Source: Gemmatimonadales bacterium
GTDB lineage: Bacteria > Gemmatimonadota > Gemmatimonadetes > Gemmatimonadales > GWC2-71-9
Assembly (NCBI GenBank): GCA_036505055.1
Contig: DASXUE010000049.1
Span: 11,732 to 75,731 of the forward strand
Reading direction: 5' to 3'
DNA: 64,000 nucleotides
Within the stretch, counting starts at the first letter, position 1. The number at the start of each line of letters is the position of its first letter. Positions 19,301 through 26,228 of the stretch are shown in pieces. The notes beneath the pieces were generated by a model. That model made no database searches, was not told the origin of the DNA, and worked only from the letters and a program-made list of their open reading frames with translations. Position numbers and translations under genes: made by a program.

Positions 19301-22300
19301 TCCGGATCGACGACGTGGTGGCCGTCGTGAAGCTGCCGCCCAGCGCGCTGTTCCCATCCACCTGGAGGGTGCCGTTGTTCACGAACGGCGCGTTGATCGT
19401 GCTCGCGCGCATCGCCAGCGTGTGCCCGACGAGGTTCGTGATCGTCCCGGGGCCGTTGACGGTCGCATTGACGAGCACGAGCGAGGTCACGCTGTCCGCG
19501 AACGACGGGGTGAAGTTCGCCGTTACGCCGCCGATCAGGGCGAGCGCCCCGGCGCCACCGATCGTCGCCCCGGCGTTGTAGTTGAATGTCCCGCTCGACA
19601 CCTTGAACGTGTCCGCCGCGCCGACGGTGACGCCGCCGGTGAGCGTGAACGTGCCGGTGCCGCCCTGATTCAGCGTGAAATTCCCGCCCGAGAAGTCGAG
19701 GGTGCCGCTCGACACGAGGCTCGGGTTGACCCCCGACTGGGTGATCGTGAGGTCGCCACTCGCGACGGTGATCGTACCGGTATTCGAGTCCACCGCGCTC
19801 GCGTGGGCCATCGTGAGGCCCTGGTTCGCCGCGGTGGCGACCGTTAGCGACCCCTGGTTCGAGAACTGGGCGTTGAGCTGCCGGGGACCGGCCGAGCCGG
19901 TCGGGGCGATGATGCTGGCGCCTGCCGCGTTGACGAGCGTTCCGGTCGTGACGTCGAGCCCGGCGCCGTAGGCCGCCGTCGAGTCCGTCAGCACGATTTG
20001 GCCGTTGTTCGTGAACCCGGAGGCCACCGTGAGCTGGGAGAAGCCGGTGGTACCATTCCCCTGGATCCGGATCGACGAGGTACCGCCCGTCGTCACGGCG
20101 CCGCCCAGGACGCTGCTCCCATCGACGAACAGCGAACCGTTGTTGACGAACGGCGCGTTGATCGTGCTCGCGCGCATCGACAATGACCGGCCGGCAGCGT
20201 TCGTGATTGTGCCGGGCCCGTTGAGCGTCGCGCTCTGCAGCACCAGACCCATCGAGTCGGTGGCGAAGCTCGGCGTGAAGTTCGCGGTCACGCCGCCCTT
20301 CAAGTGGATCGTTCCCAGGCCGCCGATCTGCGCGCCGGAGTTGTAATTGAACGTGCCGGCGTTGACCGCGAACGAGTCGGTCGCGCCGACAGTGAGCGAT
20401 CCGGTGAGTGTCACGGTGCCAGCGGCGGGCTGGCTGATGGACATCTTCCCGCCGCTCGCGCTGATCGATCCGCTGCTCGTGAAGACGAAGCTCGGCCCCG
20501 CCTGCGTGATGTTGAGCGCACCGCTCGAGATGACGATCGCGCCGGTGTTCGCGTGCCCCGCATCGCCGACCGGCGCCGCCAACGTGACCGCCTGTCCCGC
20601 CGCCGGCGCGACCGTGAACGTCCCCTGGTTGTCCAGCGAGGCGTTGATCTGCCGCGGTCCACCGGAGCCCTGGTTCGCGACGAGCAGCGCGCCCGCCGCG
20701 TTCACCAACGGGCCGCCCGCGACGTTGAGCCCCGCTCCATAGGCAGAGGTCGAGTCGGTCAGCGTGATCGTGCCGTTGTTCGTGAAGCCCGATCCGACGC
20801 TGAGCTGCGAGAAGCCCGTTGTGCCGTTGCCCTGCACCCGAATGAGCGAGGTGGCGGTCGTCGTGAGCCCGCTGCTCAGCGTGGTGCCGCCTTCGACGTA
20901 GAGCGTGCCGGCGTTCGCAAACGGCTTGGCGACGATGGTGCCGCGCAACTTGACAGTCCCAGCGTTCGTCAGCGTCCCGAGGCCGCTCAGCTGGCCCGGA
21001 TTGCGGACATCGAGCACGCCTCCGGCATTCACGTCTAGCGCACCACCGACGCCGAGTGCCTGGCTGCCGACGAGCAGCGTCTGCGTTCCGGAGGCACCAC
21101 CGATCTTCAGGCCGCCGATCGTATCGGCCACGTCGAAGGTGACGGTGTACGTCCCGGAGAGGTTGATGACCGCCGTGTCGCCCAGCGCGGGCACCGCACC
21201 GCCACTCCAGTTGGCCGGATTGCTCCAGTTACCGCCCGAGGCGTTGGCCCAGAACACGACGCTGGCCGGCGGGGCGACGTCGAACGCGGCACTCGTGTCC
21301 GGCGCGAGCCCGGTCCCCGTCGCCATCAGCGTGTAACCGGTCCCTGGCTGGTCGATGCGCAGGTCCGCGAACGAGGCGACGCCCGCGCTCGCTCCAACCG
21401 TGAGCGTGCCCGACAGCACGCCGCTCGACGGGTTGGTGCCGAGCGCCACGGTGATGCTGTCGCTGGCTGCGGACACGATGTTGCCGGCCGCGTCCGTGAC
21501 CGCGACCTGCACCGCCGGCGCGATCGCCGTCCCCGCGGCGGCTGCGCTCGGCTGCACCGTGAACGCGAGCGCGACCGGCGCACCCGGCGTGATCGCGAAA
21601 GCGACGCTGGTGTCGGGCACGAGGCCCGCCGACGTCGCGATCAGCCGGTAGCCGCTCGCCGCCTTGCCGAGCGAGAGCCCCGAGAAGGTGGCGACGCCGT
21701 TCACGGCGCTGACCGTCTTCGTGCCGGACAGCGTATCGCCGCCCGGATTCACGCCGAGGCTCAGCGTGATGCTGTTCGTCGCCGTCGGGAGCGGGTTGCC
21801 GCTTCCGTCGAGAACGGTGACCTGGATCGCCGGCGTGATCGCGCTGCCGGACGTGGCGCTCGAGGGCTCGACGGTGAACGCGATCCGCGCGGGCGCCGGT
21901 GCGATCGCCGTCGCCACGAACGTCGCGGTCGCGGTCGTGCCCACCAGCGTGGCGCGCACGGTATCGATCCCGGGCACCGCGCCGAGCTGGTAGGTGACCG
22001 ACGTCTGGCCGTTGGCGAGCGTCGTGGTCGTGTCGGCGCTGGGCGTGCCGTTGCCGAGGACGACGCTCCAGGCGACGCGCGCTCCGCTTACGACGTTGTT
22101 GAACGTGTCGCGCACCACGACGACGAAGGGCGCCGCCAGCACCTTGCCGATCGTGTCGGTCTGGCCGCTGCCCGACACGAGGGCGATGGTCTTGGCCGTC
22201 GCCGCCGTCGCGGTCGCGCCGAAGGTGACGGCGGGAATGGCGGGGAACGCCGGCACCGTCACCTGGAAGCTCTGGGCGCCGATCGCCGATCCCAGCGTGC

Positions 22301-23201
22301 CCGTCACCTGGGCCCGGCCGGCGCCATTGCTCGTGACGGTAGTGTCCGCCGGCGCGCCGCCTGCGGCGAGCGCGCGGAACCGCACACCCACGCCGCCCAC
22401 CGGGAGGTTGTCGCCCGCGCGGACTTCAACCTGGAGCGGCACTGAGAGCGCCCCACCGGCGGCGCCACTCTGCCCGTCGCCCGCGACCTTCACGACCTGC
22501 GTCGGCAGCGGCACGAACGTGGCGATGACGGAGTCGCTCGCGCCGCTGGGTGTGCGGGCGCGCACCGCGACCGAGGTGCGCGACGCCGGCGCGCGCAGCA
22601 CCCCGAAGCCGTTCACCCTGGCGATGGAGGAATCGCTCGTGCTCCAGGCGACGTAGAACTGCGTCACGGGAGCCCCGCCGCTGTCGAACGCCTGCACCTG
22701 GAAGCGGAGCGAATCGCTCCAATAGATGAAAGGCGCGGCCGGCACGATGTCGATGCTGTCCACTCCCGCCCCCGGACCGACATAGGTGTCGATGGGGATT
22801 TCCGTGGGAGTCGGGGTGTCGCCGCCGGTCGTGACCTCGATGAGGTCCGTGCCCTGGAAGAGCGGCTGTGTGCCGGAGAGCGCGATGACGGAGACGCTGA
22901 GCGTCTCTGGAGAGGAAAGGAGGGCGACGTGAATGTCGAGGTCCAAGGCCTCGGAATCGGGCGGCAGGGCGAGCGTCGTGTCGGCCAGGGTGTCAGGCGG
23001 TGGCCCCGGACGGACCACGACGATGCGGACCTGATCGATGGCCAGGCCGAAGCTCGCGAGCGCCGCCTCGGACGGCAGGACGGGCGCGAACACGACGCGT
23101 CCCTGCCCGGCGCCGGTGCCATGGGGCCCGAGCGCATCGCGGCAGGTCGCGACAGCGAGCCCGAGCCCTAGGGCGGCGAGCGCGCGAATGCGAGGCGACA
23201 C
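13314..23201 (-). CDS. Giant (3295 aa) lipoprotein-like surface protein. Order of domains: Ig-like domains, then 4 tandem ~255-aa beta-strand repeats, then parallel beta-helix region, then further Ig-like region, then C-terminal YVTN-type beta-propeller.
   Basis: GTG start. N-terminus MSPRIRALAALGLGLAVATC is lipobox-like. Big_2-like and Ig-like segments span aa ~145-645 (nt ~21267-22769). A PATR-like WANASGGNWSNPANW follows. Repeats span aa ~746-1700. Beta-helix-like segments span aa ~1810-2500 (nt ~15702-17774). YVTN repeats (RVYVVNTSSNNLSVFD, MIYVSNSAAGSVTVLD, KVYVANASNNIVHEID) span aa ~2990-3295 (nt 13317-14234). Confidence 0.85.
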   Translation of the reverse strand: MSPRIRALAALGLGLAVATCRDALGPHGTGAGQGRVVFAPVLPSEAALASFGLAIDQVRIVVVRPGPPPDTLADTTLALPPDSEALDLDIHVALLSSPETLSVSVIALSGTQPLFQGTDLIEVTTGGDTPTPTEIPIDTYVGPGAGVDSIDIVPAAPFIYWSDSLRFQVQAFDSGGAPVTQFYVAWSTSDSSIARVNGFGVLRAPASRTSVAVRARTPSGASDSVIATFVPLPTQVVKVAGDGQSGAAGGALSVPLQVEVRAGDNLPVGGVGVRFRALAAGGAPADTTVTSNGAGRAQVTGTLGSAIGAQSFQVTVPAFPAIPAVTFGATATAATAKTIALVSGSGQTDTIGKVLAAPFVVVVRDTFNNVVSGARVAWSVVLGNGTPSADTTTTLANGQTSVTYQLGAVPGIDTVRATLVGTTATATFVATAIAPAPARIAFTVEPSSATSGSAITPAIQVTVLDGSGNPLPTATNSITLSLGVNPGGDTLSGTKTVSAVNGVATFSGLSLGKAASGYRLIATSAGLVPDTSVAFAITPGAPVALAFTVQPSAAAAGTAIAPAVQVAVTDAAGNIVSAASDSITVALGTNPSSGVLSGTLTVGASAGVASFADLRIDQPGTGYTLMATGTGLAPDTSAAFDVAPPASVVFWANASGGNWSNPANWSGGAVPALGDTAVINLSGTYTVTFDVADTIGGLKIGGASGTQTLLVGSQALGVGGALDVNAGGVLDVRNPGQLSGLGTLTNAGTVKLRGTIVAKPFANAGTLYVEGGTTLSSGLTTTATSLIRVQGNGTTGFSQLSVGSGFTNNGTITLTDSTSAYGAGLNVAGGPLVNAAGALLVANQGSGGPRQINASLDNQGTFTVAPAAGQAVTLAAPVGDAGHANTGAIVISSGALNITQAGPSFVFTSSGSISASGGKMSISQPAAGTVTLTGSLTVGATDSFAVNAGTFNYNSGAQIGGLGTIHLKGGVTANFTPSFATDSMGLVLQSATLNGPGTITNAAGRSLSMRASTINAPFVNNGSLFVDGSSVLGGAVTTGGTSSIRIQGNGTTGFSQLTVASGFTNNGQIVLTDSTAAYGAGLDVTTGTLVNAAGASIIAPTGSAGPRQLNAQFSNQGSLTVATAANQGLTMAHASAVDSNTGTITVASGDLTITQSGVNPSLVSSGTLDFSGGNFTLNQGGTGTFTLTGGVTVGAADTFKVSSGTFNYNAGATIGGAGALALIGGVTANFTPSFADSVTSLVLVNATVNGPGTITNLVGHTLAMRASTINAPFVNNGTLQVDGNSALGGSFTTATTSSIRIQGNGTTGLSRLTVANGFTNNGQIQLTDSTAAYGAGLDVTSGVLINAVGAGIDASQGAAGPRQLNAQFYNRGTITVDVAPGQSLTVAHAAAADSNTGTIVVASGALNINQSGVSSLVHTGTLTLSGGGFTLSQAGGAFSTTGTISIAAGQTLALSGGTFNYASGTIGGRGNLALQSSVVATFTPSFTNDTLGLTLINATVNGPGAVTNDTGSSLLMRASTINAPFTNGGSLFVEGSSAVGGSFTTLPASLIRVRGNGITGFSRLTAASGFTNNGTIVLTDTTAAYGAGLDVTTGVLVNAAGATILADTGFAGGRQLDAMIDNQAGGALVVAVAPAQALTLSKTSASHRNAGTLTLASGTLTVAGGSSSFANDTTGTIEGLGIFNVNAVAFSNFGSVRPGLGGPGILSITGNYPASPTESLHIELGGTTPGAQYDRLAVSGSAALGGALQVSLINGFTPALGDTFTVMTFASRSGGFGALNLPLVGGGLALDTVVTANGLQLVVVAPLLVHAADITADETWSAAGTHVVSSYVRILNGATLTIADGATVKFDSAAGLQVGDSTLGQAGDLVMLGTPGSIHLTANSPTPGPGFWQGLEVQKAIGPQIWRNVDIEYAGGARANPFNEACILLVDPAGGVDLDSVHIRQCVHAGVHHFAGSLHMHRSQIDSVTGSGIHAEYVTGAPVLRLDSTTIRGSGQEGLFIGNGFVNLVGATGNRFVGNAVAGVHIFGSQLSGFGLQDSIAGNGFGAGGFGDTIVVDSGTVGFGVPNFTIFRQAAPYLFTGNLNVWSPTGVNLTLDSGVVMAFDTAASMSLGDFADSAGNSSGVSANLVSLGTAASPVVLRNRLGRPGWGGLYLGAQSGTPVVRHLRLVHGGYQASFGGGREVIVIGFFEPLNANLWVDAPIGSAPFAIDSVVSDSSAFHGIVVKRGPPLGFQVRDNLIRQSAGVGLVARVRRFNPADQISGNTLTGNLYALDIPADVLPGLLTNSLTGNNKDTLLLHGGTLAVSDTLPQLGSRWRVTQNVTVDSGAVLSVLPGDTVTFDFNVRLKIGGDVPSALNAVGTSGSPIVFTGPTGLFWGGLEFANLSGAGGVSHLIVERAGSAIPCGGDCLPILFAAIRYSNVSASGLILDAVTVRASPLVALDVDSVVGSPLTVQNSQFYQNALSPMIRSPSPLSLMIHGSDLYHYNGQIIQTATGGSDSLDATGNWWGDAAALYAGFEGNDSLGRAALDASPVRFDVIAGPHFSVGPAAQLTPATDTALTAAINAIVGDPDSIRVRVLDAEGRGVAGTTIQWGVSSGAFQDPGVPSDIGGRAGGVWLTSTAANLQFVQATVPGLIGSPVTWAAFLQPDPTSAVDFQLVFEGPLGDTLTQGQVAADSNSVTFTSSGRRGVLVTHARDTLGNVTHPSGFPDFCFTDVPNSGVCHNVGWFSPFYGSIDSVKADSVFFTVTAALPATMQIRAEYEGGTFVDSIVINMNVAPVGVRITQDTALYGSLCPSVGPYNILCRRTFQAQLVDSAGSPLPPNDVYHFNWTNEVAGDTTVTIDAQSGMMGEFVEVTAHANGTASLVTQQTSGSPLVPDRGTLAITVNQVIANIAVTPDTVSAGLGDTVTFTASATDQGGTPMPGAVGWRQDAPAGQYLTIIDYPSASSIRVRLDSTYPSYPRDAAVITAYTLTAQGDTILGAGVIYNPIIVNETGLGAFPQGSALDPVRNRVYVVNTSSNNLSVFDGDTDKLIQTIDVGSSPASVAVNPVTGMIYVSNSAAGSVTVLDGTRDPIGIVQTISVGLNTGGIAVDTVRNRVYVGSLLRVAEGDLPFLSTIDGATNTLMQTDTVRFSGGGASAPGAVAFNPLTERAFVVLRTDTLAFVDVAGLTIKAAFGDVGFALSGVAVNTQTNLVYVGSGGEVKVIDATPGVDTVFTNVFIGANSAQGMSVNEKRNKVYVANASNNIVHEIDGASNAYRTVIVGAFSDFPQSATVNPETGKVYVPHASALTVLKYFTP
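18102..20966 (-). repeat. Four tandem ~756-771-nt coding repeats inside the giant gene
   Basis: The landmark I(R)(V/I)(Q/R)GNG(T/I)TG(F/L)S(Q/R)L recurs at aa 787, 1044, 1299 and 1551 (nt ~20843, 20072, 19307, 18551). Copies 2 and 3 appear to be around 80% identical at protein level by eye over the stretches compared. Confidence 0.85.
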
Positions 23202-23274
23202 CTAGGGTTGGCTCACGGCGAAATCACGTTCCAGGGCGCAAGGGGCCAGCGAATTTACGCTATCTTTATCCGGC

Positions 23275-24426
23275 ATGCGTACTGCCCGCCGCACGCACGG
23301 CTTCACGGAATCGGTGATCCGGGGGATGACGCGCCTGGCGAACGAGCACGGCGCCATCAACCTGGCCCAGGGGTTCCCGAACTTCCCCGCCCCCGACGTC
23401 CTAAAGGAGGCGGCGGCCCGCGCCATCCGGGATGACGTCAACCAGTACGCCATCACCTGGGGCGCGAACCGCCTAAGGAACGCCCTCGCTGCGAAGTACC
23501 AAGATTGGTACCGCCTGGCCATCGATCCAATGACGCAGGTCACAGTCACTTGCGGGGCGACGGAAGCGATGGCCTCAGCGCTACTTGCCGTCGTCAACCC
23601 CGGTGACGAAGTCATCGTTTTTGAGCCTTTCTACGAGAACTACGGGCCCGACGCCATCCTGTGCGACGCCCGCCCCGTGTTCGTGCCGATGACCCCCGGG
23701 CAGCCGCTCGACCTGGACCGGCTGGCGGCGGCGTTCGGGCCCCGCACGCGGGCCATCATCGTCTGCACGCCCAATAACCCCACCGGGCGCGTGCTCAGCC
23801 GGGCGGAGCTCGAGAGCATCGCCGAGCTGTGCCGGCGCCACGACGCCTACGCCGTCACCGACGAGATCTACGAGCACATCTACTACGAGGGGGAGCACAT
23901 CCCCCTGGCCACGCTCCCCGAGATGGCCGAGCGGACGATCACGATCAGCGGTGCGTCGAAGACGTTCAGCGTGACGGGGTGGCGTATCGGCACGATCGTG
24001 GCGCCGCCCGACGTGACGGACGCGATCCGCAAGGTCCACGACTTTCTCACGGTGGGCGCGCCGGCGCCGCTGCAGGAAGGCGTGGCGGTCGCGCTCGAGA
24101 CGCTGGGCCGGGACTACTACGACGGGCTGGCGCGCGACTACCGAAGACGACGAGATATCCTTTGCGATGGGCTCGCGAGGACAGGTTTTAGGTGTCAGGC
24201 GCCGGAGGGAGCGTACTACGTGATCGCCGACTTCTCGGACCTTTCCGACCTGCCCGACGACAAGTTCGCCGAGTGGCTGACGGTGGAGCACGGCGTCGCG
24301 ACGGTGCCGGGAGGGAGCTTCTGCTCGCGTCCCGAGCTGGGCCGCACGTGGATTCGCTTCGCGTTCTGCAAAACCGACGCGATGCTGAAGGACGCCGTCG
24401 AGCGGCTCGGCCGCGTGAGGGACTAG
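23275..24426 (+). CDS. Class I/II PLP-dependent aminotransferase (YbdL / kynurenine-methionine aminotransferase-like)
   Basis: Motifs INLAQGFPNF, NQY, TPNNPTG and the Lys motif SGASKTFSVTGWRIG. Confidence 0.9.
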   Translation: MRTARRTHGFTESVIRGMTRLANEHGAINLAQGFPNFPAPDVLKEAAARAIRDDVNQYAITWGANRLRNALAAKYQDWYRLAIDPMTQVTVTCGATEAMASALLAVVNPGDEVIVFEPFYENYGPDAILCDARPVFVPMTPGQPLDLDRLAAAFGPRTRAIIVCTPNNPTGRVLSRAELESIAELCRRHDAYAVTDEIYEHIYYEGEHIPLATLPEMAERTITISGASKTFSVTGWRIGTIVAPPDVTDAIRKVHDFLTVGAPAPLQEGVAVALETLGRDYYDGLARDYRRRRDILCDGLARTGFRCQAPEGAYYVIADFSDLSDLPDDKFAEWLTVEHGVATVPGGSFCSRPELGRTWIRFAFCKTDAMLKDAVERLGRVRD

Positions 24427-26228
24427 GTCAGCGCGTCGTCCGCCTCACGCCGCCCCTCGAGTAACGCATCCACCTGAACGCCGATCTCGCGCGCGGCGCT
24501 CAAGTCGGCCGTCAGTCCGTCCACGCTTCCCACACCGCTGCGCAGCCGCAGCAGATCGAACCGGATCGTTTCGAGCGCACCGAGCGCCTCTCCCAGTCGT
24601 CCCTCCTGACCGTTGCCGCGGAGGCGTCGCACCCGCTCCTCGAGGTCGCGCACGACGGCGGGCAGGTCGCCCAAGCGGCTGCGGACGTCCTTAGGAAGTG
24701 CCTCGAACAGGTCGATCGCGGCGATCCCGAGGGCGACTTCGGTCGGACGGTCGGCAGCGGGGAGCGCCCCGGGGGTTCGCCTCAGACCGATACCCGCCAG
24801 TTTGAAGAGCCAACGTCCGATACGCCCGTTCCAGAACTTGAGCCGACGCTCGTCAGGATCCGCCAGTCGGCCGCGGCTGGCGGCGAGTGCCGCGATCCCA
24901 GTGGCGACCGCCGTCGCGCTCGAGAGTCCAAACAAGGCGAACACCGCGAGCACGGCGGGATAAGGCACCACAAAGGCGGCGGCGCCCGTAAGCGCCACGA
25001 GGCCGAGGGAGGCGTACATCTTGGAGCGCATGAGGCGCTCCATGCGGTTCGGACCCTCGCCGCTCGCGAACGCCTGCTCCTCGCGCCGTCGCGCGACCTC
25101 GAGCCCGAGGCCACGCACGAGATCATCGTGGCGGTACCCGGCCTGGAGCAGCCGGCGCAGGCTGCGCAGACCGAGCACGGCTGGTGAGGCCAGGGCCGCG
25201 GCGAACAGGACACCCCCGATGGCGATGACGCCCGCGCGGAATACCGCGGGAGGAGTCCCAGTGAACACCGCGGCGAGGAGCCGCTGCAACATGATGGGCA
25301 CGAGGAGCGCGGCGCCGATGAACGGCGCCACATACTGCGATCGGGACTGCAGGCGGCCCTCCGTGAGAAAGGCCCGGATCGGCACCGGCAGGTCGCGCCG
25401 CGCCTCGAGCGGCGCTCCGAGCGCCGCGGCCAGCTCCTCGCCGCTTTGGAAGCGTTGCGCCGGGTCTTTCTCGAGGCAGCGCTCGAGCGCGGCGAGGAGG
25501 GAGCCGGGCGCCCCCGGGACGACGAGCGGCGGCGGCTCCTTCCCGACCTGCTGGGCGAGCAGCCCCGCGACCGTCGGACTCGTGAACGGCAGACGCCCCG
25601 ACACCACGTAGTACCCGACCACGCCGAGCGAGTAGATATCGCTGCGCCCGTCCGTGGCTTCCCCCGTCGCTTGCTCGGGACTCATGTACTCGGGGGTGCC
25701 GACGAGCTCGTGCTCGCCCGACAGAGACGGCGTCTCGACCGACCGGGCGATGCCGAAATCGGCGACGAGGGCGCGGCCGGCTTCTCGCTCCAGCAGGATG
25801 TTGTCGGGCTTCACGTCGCGGTGCACCACGCCCTGCCCGTGGGCGTAGGCGAGGGCCCAGGCCACCTCGCGGAGGATGCGCGCCGCGTCGTGCGGCTTGA
25901 GGGCGCCCTCTCGCCTGACGCGCGCGCCCAGCGTTTCGCCCTCCACAAACGACATCACGAAGAACACGAAGGCGCCGATTTCCTCAACCGCGTGGATCGG
26001 CACGATGTTCGGGTGGGAGAGGCGGGCCGCCGTGCGCGCCTCCCGCTGGAAGCGCTCGCGCAACGCCGCCAGGTCGCGGTCAGGGGGCAGGAGCTTGATC
26101 GCGACGACGCGCTCGAGTCGCAGGTCGCGCGCCAGGTACACGATCCCCATGCCCCCGTGTCCCAGCTCGCGCTCGAGCGAGTAGCGGCCCGCGACGGCCG
26201 CCTGAAACTCGAGATCGACCGGCGTCAC
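24423..26228 (-). CDS. Membrane Ser/Thr protein kinase, paralog 1 (kinase + 4 TM + helical C-terminal domain)
   Basis: GTG at 26228 overlaps the stop of paralog 2 (GTGA). Kinase motifs GHGGMGIVY, VAIK, HRDVKPDNILL, ADFGIA, TPEYMSPE. The upstream part of the track ORF is Arg-rich and overlaps paralog 2. Confidence 0.85.
   Translation of the reverse strand: MTPVDLEFQAAVAGRYSLERELGHGGMGIVYLARDLRLERVVAIKLLPPDRDLAALRERFQREARTAARLSHPNIVPIHAVEEIGAFVFFVMSFVEGETLGARVRREGALKPHDAARILREVAWALAYAHGQGVVHRDVKPDNILLEREAGRALVADFGIARSVETPSLSGEHELVGTPEYMSPEQATGEATDGRSDIYSLGVVGYYVVSGRLPFTSPTVAGLLAQQVGKEPPPLVVPGAPGSLLAALERCLEKDPAQRFQSGEELAAALGAPLEARRDLPVPIRAFLTEGRLQSRSQYVAPFIGAALLVPIMLQRLLAAVFTGTPPAVFRAGVIAIGGVLFAAALASPAVLGLRSLRRLLQAGYRHDDLVRGLGLEVARRREEQAFASGEGPNRMERLMRSKMYASLGLVALTGAAAFVVPYPAVLAVFALFGLSSATAVATGIAALAASRGRLADPDERRLKFWNGRIGRWLFKLAGIGLRRTPGALPAADRPTEVALGIAAIDLFEALPKDVRSRLGDLPAVVRDLEERVRRLRGNGQEGRLGEALGALETIRFDLLRLRSGVGSVDGLTADLSAAREIGVQVDALLEGRREADDALT

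Noticed and set aside
23496-23511. Palindrome GTACCAA-GA-TTGGTAC inside the aminotransferase gene
   Set aside because: It lies within conserved coding sequence (KYQDWY) and occurs only once. It is most simply a coincidence of codons.
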